64,000 nucleotides of DNA, taken from the NCBI GenBank assembly GCA_046483065.1, contig JAWODW010000052.1:24666-88665 (forward strand), in the 5' to 3' direction. Both the position numbers and the translations under genes were made by a program. The stretch comes from Longimicrobiales bacterium (GTDB lineage Bacteria > Gemmatimonadota > Gemmatimonadetes > Longimicrobiales > RSA9). Below, one piece after another: positions 34,607 to 42,615 of this stretch; within the stretch, counting starts at the first letter, position 1, and the number at the start of each line of letters is the position of its first letter. The notes under the pieces were generated by a model. The model saw only the letters and a program-made list of their open reading frames with translations. It did not search any database and was not told the DNA's origin.

Positions 34607-36402
34607 CCGCCCTCCTCGCGGCTGCACCGGCGGTCCCACTGGCCCTCGCCCTCGCGTGGACGGTGCCGCGGCTCCGCCGGCACGCCGTGGCGCTGGCGCC
34701 CTGGGCGGCGGCCCCGGCGCTGGTCCTGGCCCTCACGCCCCGGCTCGTCGACGGCCAGCTCCCGACCGTGGAGGGACCGCTCCTGGGTGGGCTGCGACTC
34801 GCCCTCGACCCCACGGGGCAGGCGTTCCTCCTCCTTACCGCCGCCCTCTGGCTCGCCGTCGGCGCCTTCGCCCGGACGTACCACGCCCGCGACCGTCACC
34901 GCGCGTCCTTCTTCGGCCTCTTCCTCCTCACCATGGCCGGGAACCTGGGGCTCGTGGTGGCCGGCGACATCCTGACGTTCTACGCCTTTTTCGTGCTCCT
35001 GACCTTCTCCGCGTGGGGACTGGTGGTCCACGAGCGGACGCGCGAAGCGCTCCGGGCCGGTCGGATCTACATCATCATGACCGTTTTGGCGGACCTGGCG
35101 ATCCTGGCGGTACTCTTCGCCCTGGGCTCCGGCGCCCCCGGCGGCGCACCCGGCTTCGGAGCCGAGCTCGAAACGGCGTGGGCCGGGCTCACCGCGGCCG
35201 GGCCGGGCCCCGGGCTGACGGCGGCCCTCATCCTCCTCGGATTCGGCGTAAAGGCGGGCCTCCTCCCGCTCCACATATGGCTTCCGCTAGCCTACCGGGA
35301 GGCACCCGCCACCGCCAGCGCGCTCCTCAGCGGCGCCATGATGAAGGCCGGCGTCCTGGCGTGGATCCGGTTCCTCCCCGAAAGCCTGGCGTTCCCCGCC
35401 CTGGCCGCCAGCCTCATCGCAGTGGGCGTGGTCGCCGCGTTCTTCGGGGTGGTGGTGGGGCTGCTCCAGGACGACGCCAAGACGGTTCTGGCCTACTCGA
35501 GCGTCAGCCAGATCGGATTCATCGCCGTGGTCATCGGCGTGATGATCCGGGACCCGAGCCTCGCCGCCGTGGCCGTGGCCGCCGCCACCGTCTACGCCCT
35601 CCACCACGGGCTGGCCAAGGGGGCCCTCTTCCTGGCCGTGGGTGTGACCGACCGGACGCCCGCCCGGGCCGGGTCACGGGGTCCGTCACGGTGGCCGACC
35701 GTGCCCCTGGTCGGGGCGCTCCTCCCCGCCCTCGCCATCGCCGGCGCGCCCCTGACCACCGGCGCGCTGGCCAAGGGCGCCCTCGGCGAGGCCACCGAGC
35801 GCCTCGGAGCCGCGTGGTACCACGCCCTCCACCCTACGCTCCTGGTGGCCGCCTTCGGCACCACCCTCCTCCTGGCCCGCTTCCTCGTCCTCCTCCATCG
35901 ACGGGGCGCGCCGGACCGCGCGGACCCCACGAGCGGCGCGGCCCGCACCGCACTCCTCGCCCCGTGGATCCTGCTGGTCGTCGGCGGCGGGATGGGGATC
36001 TTCTGGATCCCGTGGGCCGTGTCCTCACCCGGCGTGGCGCTGCCGGGGCTCCTGCACGCGCCCCTCGAGTCGCTCCTCCCGGTGGTCGCCGGGGTGGTAG
36101 TGGCCGGGGCCGTGGTCCGACGGCCCGGGCTGCTCGGACCACTGGGCCGGCTCCGGGTCCCCGTCGGCGACCTGGTGGTCCCCCTGGAGGACGTCGCCCG
36201 CCGCGTCCGGCGCGTCCTCGGGGCGCTGGTCACCGACCCACGCCCCGACACACCGCGCCGGGCGTGGGACGTCCTCACCGCCGGGGCCGGCCGGACGACG
36301 CAATGGCTGGCAGATCACGACATCCGGCTCATGCGCGGCGTGATCGTCGGCTCGATCATCGCCGTCCTGGCCGCGCTCCTCGTGCTGGCAGGGCTCCCCT
36401 GA
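34603..36402 (+). CDS. NuoL/MrpA-like antiporter-like subunit 3 with a long C-terminal extension ending in a TM helix (no fused MrpB-like domain)
   Basis: Tail of ORF 33382..36402 from GTG 34603 (GTGA overlap). 599 aa. Contains GVKAGLLPLHIWLPLAYREAPATASALLSGAMMKAG and LAYSSVSQIGF. C-terminal amphipathic stretch plus GVIVGSIIAVLAALLVLAG. Confidence 0.8.
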   Translation: MTALLAAAPAVPLALALAWTVPRLRRHAVALAPWAAAPALVLALTPRLVDGQLPTVEGPLLGGLRLALDPTGQAFLLLTAALWLAVGAFARTYHARDRHRASFFGLFLLTMAGNLGLVVAGDILTFYAFFVLLTFSAWGLVVHERTREALRAGRIYIIMTVLADLAILAVLFALGSGAPGGAPGFGAELETAWAGLTAAGPGPGLTAALILLGFGVKAGLLPLHIWLPLAYREAPATASALLSGAMMKAGVLAWIRFLPESLAFPALAASLIAVGVVAAFFGVVVGLLQDDAKTVLAYSSVSQIGFIAVVIGVMIRDPSLAAVAVAAATVYALHHGLAKGALFLAVGVTDRTPARAGSRGPSRWPTVPLVGALLPALAIAGAPLTTGALAKGALGEATERLGAAWYHALHPTLLVAAFGTTLLLARFLVLLHRRGAPDRADPTSGAARTALLAPWILLVVGGGMGIFWIPWAVSSPGVALPGLLHAPLESLLPVVAGVVVAGAVVRRPGLLGPLGRLRVPVGDLVVPLEDVARRVRRVLGALVTDPRPDTPRRAWDVLTAGAGRTTQWLADHDIRLMRGVIVGSIIAVLAALLVLAGLP

Positions 36403-36588
36403 TCCACCACCCGCGCACGGCGCTGTCGGGGGCGGCGGACGCGGGCCGAGCGGTGCACAAGTTGCGTCGCAAAACGGTGCGCATAGGCGACGGTGAACCG
36501 TACCATCGACCAAGGGAGCCGACATGACGCGACTCGTTCCGACCTCCGCAACCCCCGAAGGCGCTCCGGCCCGGGCCGGAGCGAGCCG

Positions 36589-37446
36589 ATGAAGCCGGAG
36601 CGCGTGGTGGTGGGGGTGGACTTCGACGACGCCTCGCGGGAGGCCGCCCGGTGGGCCCTTCACCGGTTCCTCCCCGACCTGGACCACGTCCTGGTCCACG
36701 CCCTCGACCTGCGGGACCCGCCGCGCTACCTGGGCATCACGGACTCGGATGAGGTCCTGGCCGACGCCCGCCGGGAAGCCGACCGGCGCCTGACGGAACT
36801 CCGGGAGGAGCTCGGGGATGCGGCCGGCGGCGAGGTCCGGAAGGGCCGACCCGACGAGGTCCTCTCGGCGGTGGCCGACGAGTCCGACGCCGGCCTCATC
36901 GTGGTCGGCCGGGGCTCCGAGGGCAGCGGGCTTCTGGGCAGCACCGCGGAGCGGCTCGTGAACACGGCGTCAGTTCCCGTTCTCATGGTCCCCGACGCGC
37001 CCGGCACGGCGCCGGAGCAGCTCCTGGTGGCCATCGACGACTCCCCCGAGACCGCCGAGGTGCTGGCCTGGGCCGGCGGCCTGGCCGACCGACACGACGC
37101 CCGGGTCACCGTCACCCACGTCTTCCAGCCCACGTTCGCAGGGCTCGGCGGCGTGGTGTCGGGCGCCGGGTCGCATCAGGAGCTGAAGGAGGATCAGCGG
37201 GATCAGGCCCGGGCCTGGCTGGAGGAGGAGGTCCGGGAGGCGGGTCTCGCGCCGGAGCACGTTCGGCTCGAGGTCCGGGAGGGCGACCCGGCCCGGCAGA
37301 TCCTCGACGAGGCCCGGGCCCCGCGGCCCGATATCATTATTATCGGCAGCCGCGGCCCCGGCGCGGTGGAGAAGGCGCTCCTGGGCAGCGTGGCCAGCTC
37401 CGTCCTCCGCGGCGCGTCCCGCCCCGTCCTCGTGGTCCGGCGGTGA
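36589..37446 (+). CDS. Tandem-domain universal stress protein
   Basis: Tail of ORF 36493..37446 from ATG 36589. Two Usp units (VVVGVDFDD...LIVVGRGSEGSGLLGSTAERLVNTASVPVLMV and LLVAIDDSP...IIIIGSRGPGAVEKALLGSVASSVLRGASRPVLVV). Confidence 0.85.
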   Translation: MKPERVVVGVDFDDASREAARWALHRFLPDLDHVLVHALDLRDPPRYLGITDSDEVLADARREADRRLTELREELGDAAGGEVRKGRPDEVLSAVADESDAGLIVVGRGSEGSGLLGSTAERLVNTASVPVLMVPDAPGTAPEQLLVAIDDSPETAEVLAWAGGLADRHDARVTVTHVFQPTFAGLGGVVSGAGSHQELKEDQRDQARAWLEEEVREAGLAPEHVRLEVREGDPARQILDEARAPRPDIIIIGSRGPGAVEKALLGSVASSVLRGASRPVLVVRR

Positions 37447-37452
37447 GTGCCC

Positions 37453-38787
37453 TCACCACCGCCAGTGGATGTCGTCGGGCCGCCCGGCGCCCTCCTCCAC
37501 CGCCTCCCGGACGAGCACCTGGTCCACGCGGCTGCCGTCCATGTCCACCACCTCCAGGCGGAGGCCGCCCCAGTTCACTACGTCGGCCCGGGCCACCGCG
37601 CCCTCCAGGCGGTCCTTCATGAAGGCGTGCAGCGTGCCGTAGTCGTCGGGGGCCGGTGTCGTCCGGTCGAAGAAGGCCAGGAACTCGTGGAACGGGATCA
37701 GCCCGTCCACGAGCCAGGAGCCGTCGTCGCGCTCCACGATTCCCGGCGCCATGACCCCCCGGACCGGCGGCACGTCGCCCACGATCCCGGCCAGCACGTC
37801 GTTCAGCGTGGCGAGGCCGGCCACGCGCCCGTCGTCGCCGGTGATGATGGCCATGTGGTCGCCCGACGTCTGGAACCGCTCCAGGAGCCGGAACACCGGC
37901 GTCCACACCGGCAGCACGTGGGGCTGGCGGACCAGTCCTTCCAGCGACGGCGGCTCCCCGGCCGCCAGCCGCTGGAGCAGGTCCCGGACCATGACGTAGC
38001 CCACGGGCGAGTCGATGTCGCCGTCAGCCACAAGGAACCGGGTGTGGCGGATCCCGGAAAGGAGGAGCGGCCGCCACGACTCGGGGTCCGCCTCGCTGTC
38101 CAGCCACGCGATTACGTCACGGGGCGCCATGATGGACTCCACCGTGGCGTCACTCAGCCGGAACAGCCGCTCCACGATCTGCTGCTCCGTGGCCTCCAAC
38201 ACGCCGGTCTCCGTGGCGTGAGCGATCATCCCCCGGATCTCGTCTTCGGTGATCCCCGCCTCATCGCGGGGGGTCAGCGGGACCAGACGCAGCACCAGCT
38301 CCGTGGAGTGGCTCAGCAGTCGGACCAGCGGCGTCGCCAGCGCGGCCAGCCGCAGCATGGGGCCGGCCACGGCACGGGCCAGCCGCTCCGGGTCGTGGAG
38401 CGCGATCCGCTTCGGCACCAGCTCGCCGATGACCAGCGTGACGTACGTGATGGCCACCACCACCAGGAGCAACGCCGTCTCGTGGGCGAACCGTTCCGGC
38501 ACGCCGGCGCCCGCCAGCGCCGGCGTCAGCGTGGCGGCGATCCGCGCGCCGCCGAACGCGCCGGCCAGCACCGCCACCGACGTGATCCCGACCTGCACCG
38601 TGGAGAGGAACCGGTTCGGGCTCTCCGCCAGGTCCAGCGCCCTGCGGGCTCGCTCGTCGCCCTCCCGGGCCCACTGGTGCAGCCGCGCCTTGCTGGAGCT
38701 GACCACACCGATCTCCGCGGCCGCCAGCACGCCGTTGGCCAGCACCAGCACCGTGATGATCAGGATCTCGAATAGCGTTTCGATCAT
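37453..38787 (-). CDS. Hemolysin-family / CNNM-CorC protein (DUF21 - CBS pair - CorC_HlyC)
   Basis: Tail of ORF 37453..39651 from ATG 38787 (MIETLFEILIITVLVLANGVLAAAEIGVVSS). LVIGELVPKRIAL, a CBS region, and a C-terminal transporter-associated domain. Confidence 0.9.
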   Translation of the reverse strand: MIETLFEILIITVLVLANGVLAAAEIGVVSSSKARLHQWAREGDERARRALDLAESPNRFLSTVQVGITSVAVLAGAFGGARIAATLTPALAGAGVPERFAHETALLLVVVAITYVTLVIGELVPKRIALHDPERLARAVAGPMLRLAALATPLVRLLSHSTELVLRLVPLTPRDEAGITEDEIRGMIAHATETGVLEATEQQIVERLFRLSDATVESIMAPRDVIAWLDSEADPESWRPLLLSGIRHTRFLVADGDIDSPVGYVMVRDLLQRLAAGEPPSLEGLVRQPHVLPVWTPVFRLLERFQTSGDHMAIITGDDGRVAGLATLNDVLAGIVGDVPPVRGVMAPGIVERDDGSWLVDGLIPFHEFLAFFDRTTPAPDDYGTLHAFMKDRLEGAVARADVVNWGGLRLEVVDMDGSRVDQVLVREAVEEGAGRPDDIHWRW

Positions 38788-38931
38788 GGCTCCCGGGCTC
38801 CGGGGTGGGCTCCGTCCTGCGCACCACGGCAACGATGCCCCGGCGGCGTGTCCCGCGCAATGCGACCCCCTGCCACGGGTCGGGGCAGGCTGATAGGTTC
38901 CGATCCAACTCGAACCGCAACGAAGCGAAGA

Positions 38932-41217
38932 ATGGCAGCGAACATCCTCATCGTGGAGTCCGCCGCGAAGGCGCGAACCCTCCAGCGGTACCTCGGCGAT
39001 GGCTGGAAGGTCCTGGCCACCGGCGGCCACGTCCAGACCCTCCCCGATGACAAGAAGAAGCACGGGAAGGACGCCTCCAAGGCGTTCTGGGCCAACCGTC
39101 CCGGCGAGCTGCCCTCTCCGCCCTGGGTGTGGACCGACCGCGGCGAGGAGGCCGTCCGCAGGATCGTCGATGAGGCCGGGCCCGACCCCACCTTCTGGAT
39201 CGCCACCGACCCGGACCGGGAGGGCGAGTTCATCGCCTGGTCGCTCGAGCGCGTGCTCCAGGACCACGGCCCCACTCACCGCGTCACCTTCGACGAGGTC
39301 ACCGAGGAGGCCGTGAAGGACGCTCTCCAGAACCCGCGACCCGTGGATCGGGAGATGGTCGAGAGCGCTCTGGTCCGGAAGTTCCTCGACCGCCTCGTGG
39401 GCTACCGGGCGTCCAAGATGGCCAACTCCGTCCTTTCCGGCCGCGGCAACTCCATGGGGCGCGTACAGACGCCCACCCTGGGCTTCGTGGTGGAGCGGGA
39501 GCTGGAGCGCGAGGCCCACGTACCCATCCCGTACTTCGAGGTCCACGCCGAGGCCGAGAGCGTCGACCTCCAGGTCCGGTTCCACGACCGGGACCACCCC
39601 GACGTCTGGCGCGACGACAGCGGGAAGCCGCACCCCACGCGCACCTTCCACCGGGAGCTGGCCGAAGACGCCCTGGAGGCCCTCGAGGCCGCCGGACGCG
39701 TCACCGTGACGCAGGCCGAGTCCAGCACCCGGAAGCGGCGGCCCTTCGCGCCCTTCTCCACCGACGCGCTCCTCCAGGCCGGCGGCTCACGCTTCGGCTG
39801 GTCGCCCCGGAAGACGTCCGCGCTGGCCTCCATGCTCTACGAGGCCGGCCATATCACCTACATCCGGACCGACTCCACCCGTCTGGCACGCTCCGCCGTG
39901 GAGAAGGTTCGGACCGCCGTCCGCGCTGATTACGGCGAGGACTACCTCGGCGATGGCGCCCGCACCAACGTGGCCACGGGCCCCGTACAGGACGCCCACG
40001 AGGCCATCCGCCCCACCCGGCTCGAGGTCGCCGAGCCCGCCATCGATGACGCCGACGCCCGCCGCCTCTACCGCCTGGTCCGGGCCCAGACGCTCGCCAG
40101 CCAGATGGCGCCGGCCGTACGGACCAGCGTGAGCCTCGAGGCCGCGTGCGCCGACCTGGACCGCCCCCTCACCGGCACCGTCAGCTGGCGAACCTTCGCC
40201 GGGTGGGAGGCCGCCTACGCCGAGTTCATGGGCGACGTGGCCACGGCCCCGCCCGACGTCCCCCTCGAGGAGGGCGCCGTGTGGACCCTCGACCCGGCCG
40301 GCGACGAGCGCGAGAACCCGCGCCTCATAGAGGACGAGACCCGGCCGCCGGCCCGCTATCGGCCCCACACCCTCATCCGGGCCATGAAAGACGCCGGCAT
40401 CGGCCGCCCGTCCACCTACAGCCGCACCGTTGAGAAGCTCGAGGAGCGCGGGTATGTGGAGCTCGATGACGGCACCCTGGTCCCCACACAGCGAGGCCGG
40501 GCCGTCTGGAGCGACGTGGCACCCCTCTACGCCGAGGAGGCCGACCAGGACCACGCAGAGATCGAGCTCTTCGACCCCGAGTTCACCGCCCTCATGGAGG
40601 AGCGCCTCGACCGCATCGAGCGCGGCGAGGTGCCCGCCCCCGGCAGCTGGGAGGAGTGGCGAGACCAGATCCGGGATCTCCACGCCGTGGCCCAGGAGCG
40701 CCGCCGCGCCGGTGCCATCCTGCCCGGCCAACTGCACCGCCTGGAGCGTCTCCTGGCCAACGCCCCCGCCGACCTCGACGTCCCCGACGCGGCGGCGCTG
40801 GCCGAGCTCTCACAGAAAGAGGCCCGGGCCCTCATCGACCGCCTCGGCGAGCAGGGCGTGAAGCCCACGCCCACCGAGAAGCAGATGGCCTACCTCGAGA
40901 GCCTGGTGGCCGACCTGGAGCTCGGCGACGACGAGCTCGACGAGCTCACCGGCGTCTCCAGTCTCGATGAGATCCGGACCAGCGAACAGGCCAGCGCCGC
41001 CATCGATGAGCTCCGCCGGCTCCACGACGAGCGCCGGCCCGCCAGCGCCAAGCAGCGTCGCTTCATCGAGGACCTCATCGAGGAGGCCGGGATCCCCGAG
41101 CAGGAGGCGCTGGCACTCGTGGACGCCGACTCCCTCGACGAGCTGACCGGCGGGAAGGACGGCACGGCCAGCGCACTCATCGACGCCCTCCAGCAGCAGG
41201 CGGAAGCGAAGGGGTGA
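38932..41217 (+). CDS. topA: Type IA DNA topoisomerase (TopA-like) with a Cys-free C-terminal triple helical repeat
   Basis: Tail of ORF 38848..41217 from ATG 38932. Toprim ILIVESAAKARTLQRYLG and ATDPDREGEFIAW, active-site GHITYIRTDST, RPSTYS. No zinc-ribbon CxxC motifs. Confidence 0.85.
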   Translation: MAANILIVESAAKARTLQRYLGDGWKVLATGGHVQTLPDDKKKHGKDASKAFWANRPGELPSPPWVWTDRGEEAVRRIVDEAGPDPTFWIATDPDREGEFIAWSLERVLQDHGPTHRVTFDEVTEEAVKDALQNPRPVDREMVESALVRKFLDRLVGYRASKMANSVLSGRGNSMGRVQTPTLGFVVERELEREAHVPIPYFEVHAEAESVDLQVRFHDRDHPDVWRDDSGKPHPTRTFHRELAEDALEALEAAGRVTVTQAESSTRKRRPFAPFSTDALLQAGGSRFGWSPRKTSALASMLYEAGHITYIRTDSTRLARSAVEKVRTAVRADYGEDYLGDGARTNVATGPVQDAHEAIRPTRLEVAEPAIDDADARRLYRLVRAQTLASQMAPAVRTSVSLEAACADLDRPLTGTVSWRTFAGWEAAYAEFMGDVATAPPDVPLEEGAVWTLDPAGDERENPRLIEDETRPPARYRPHTLIRAMKDAGIGRPSTYSRTVEKLEERGYVELDDGTLVPTQRGRAVWSDVAPLYAEEADQDHAEIELFDPEFTALMEERLDRIERGEVPAPGSWEEWRDQIRDLHAVAQERRRAGAILPGQLHRLERLLANAPADLDVPDAAALAELSQKEARALIDRLGEQGVKPTPTEKQMAYLESLVADLELGDDELDELTGVSSLDEIRTSEQASAAIDELRRLHDERRPASAKQRRFIEDLIEEAGIPEQEALALVDADSLDELTGGKDGTASALIDALQQQAEAKG

Positions 41218-41271
41218 CCGAGCCCGCTGCCTCCTCACGGCACGAAGAGAGCGCCGCCGTCGCCCCCGAGC

Positions 41272-41802
41272 TCAGCGGCTGAGGGAGTACACGTAGCCCG
41301 CCGCCGCGCACGCCTCCGCCTCCGACAGGTTCGCGCCACCCATCGGCGGCATCGGGGCCGGGTACCGAACCGGGTCGCTCACGCCCGTGCGTACCACGTC
41401 GGCGATCGACGCGTACGTGCCGTCCACGTTCAGCCACTCCCCGTCCGTCAGGTCCGGCCCGAGCTGAGACCCCGTGGCGTCCCCGCCGTGACAGGTGTAG
41501 CAGGCGCCCGCGCCGTCGAACACCTCCCGGCCGCGATCCACAAGCTCACCATCGATGTCCGGGCACCCCGGCGCGCTGGCCGACGCCGGCGTCGCTGCCG
41601 GTGCCTCCCCCGCTTCCCCACCGCCCATCATCCGGTCGTGCCTCTCCCCCATGCGATCCCCCATGGGCCGGTCTCCCCGCTCCGCCGGCCCGGGAGCTCG
41701 CTCGATCACCGAGCTGTCCGCCGCGTCATCCGGTTCCGACTCGCCACACGCCGTGACGAGTCCGACCAGCGCCAGCGCCGTTGCCGTGGTTCTCCACCTC
41801 AT
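41272..41802 (-). CDS. Lipoprotein class I c-type cytochrome with a Met/His-rich linker
   Basis: Tail of ORF 41272..42093 from ATG 41802. Lipobox LVTAC, linker RPMGDRMGERHDRMMGGGE, heme site GACYTCH, distal YPAPMPPMGG. Paralog of 14823..15227. Confidence 0.8.
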   Translation of the reverse strand: MRWRTTATALALVGLVTACGESEPDDAADSSVIERAPGPAERGDRPMGDRMGERHDRMMGGGEAGEAPAATPASASAPGCPDIDGELVDRGREVFDGAGACYTCHGGDATGSQLGPDLTDGEWLNVDGTYASIADVVRTGVSDPVRYPAPMPPMGGANLSEAEACAAAGYVYSLSR

Positions 41803-41870
41803 GCCTGCCTCCTCGTGGGCCTCCTCGTGGCTGTTGCGCGATGAGAGTGCAACGCGCATGCCTGCTGCAC

Positions 41871-42171
41871 TTACGGCACGCACCACGCCTCCGGCTCCAC
41901 CGCCACGTCCGGGAACGCCGCGAGCACGGCCCGGTCCCACGGGAGCAGCGGCGCGTCCAGCGCCTCGGCCACAGCCACGTACTCGCAGTCGTACGCGCTG
42001 CAATCGGAGCGGTCGACCCGCTCCAGGACACGGCCGCCGTCGGGAAGGTACTCGCGGCCGCGCAGCAGCCCATTCGGGGTCGGCCTCGAGCACCGCTTCC
42101 GCCGCCGCCGTGTGCTCCCCGTCTATCAGGAGTGTCGAGCACGATCAACAAAGCGGAGAAGAACCCTTCAT
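41871..42171 (-). pseudogene. Decayed PIN-domain (VapC-like) toxin gene remnant with several frameshifts
   Basis: Minus-strand pieces in three frames: (M)KGFFSALLIVLDT, then LIDGEHTAAAEAVLEADPEWAA, then LLRGREYLPDGGRVLERVDRSDCSAYDCEYVAVAEALDAPLLPWDRAVLAAFPDV...stop at 41871. PIN hallmarks LDT, YD..YVALAE and LL..D are present. No intact ORF and no antitoxin gene. Confidence 0.4.
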
Positions 42172-42219
42172 GTATCTTATGTCTGAGGGCCACGCAAACG
42201 TTGAAGGAGCCAGAAACCC

Positions 42220-42441
42220 ATGATCCGCCGGGACACCCATATCGAAGAGCTGGTCGAGATCTTGCCCGAGGCCGTCTCCTACCTGATGGAGAAGGGCGTG
42301 CAGTGCATTGCCTGCGGCGCGCCGATCTGGGGAACACTGGAAGAGGCCGCCCGCAGCAAGGGCTTCAGCGACGCGGAGATCGACGCCATGGTGGCCGACC
42401 TGCGGGCGCTCGAGGAGAAGGCGGCCACGGAGTCCGGCTGA
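42220..42441 (+). CDS. DUF1858 / hybrid-cluster-protein-associated redox disulfide domain protein
   Basis: 73-aa ORF. IEELVEILPEAVSYLMEKGVQCIACGAPIWGTLEEAA. AAGGAG lies 11 nt upstream of the ATG. Confidence 0.75.
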   Translation: MIRRDTHIEELVEILPEAVSYLMEKGVQCIACGAPIWGTLEEAARSKGFSDAEIDAMVADLRALEEKAATESG

Positions 42442-42502
42442 TCCTCCATCCCGACCGCGCCGCCCTCGATCCTTGACGGGGGTTGTCAACCGCCCCGCTT
42501 TG

Positions 42503-42518
42503 TGTGAAATTTTTCACA
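42503..42518. promoter_or_regulatory. Perfect TGTGA-N6-TCACA palindrome (CRP/FNR-family-type operator candidate) upstream of the hydrogenase operon
   Basis: tgtga aatttt tcaca, an AT-rich island in a 70% GC background, 98 nt upstream of ATG 42616. It could alternatively be part of a terminator tail for the DUF1858 gene. Confidence 0.4.
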
Positions 42519-42615
42519 AATGGCGCCGGCCTCGACCCGGGACGGGGAGGTCGGTGGGACCGGCGACGGGGCACAGGGCACCGGGAACGCCGGGGGCACG
42601 GGCGGGAGGAGACTG

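Noticed and set aside
42473-42496. TTGAC at 42473-42477 as the -35 box of a hydrogenase promoter
   Set aside because: There is no acceptable -10 hexamer at 16-19 nt spacing. The segment is better explained as part of a bulged GC hairpin following the DUF1858 gene.
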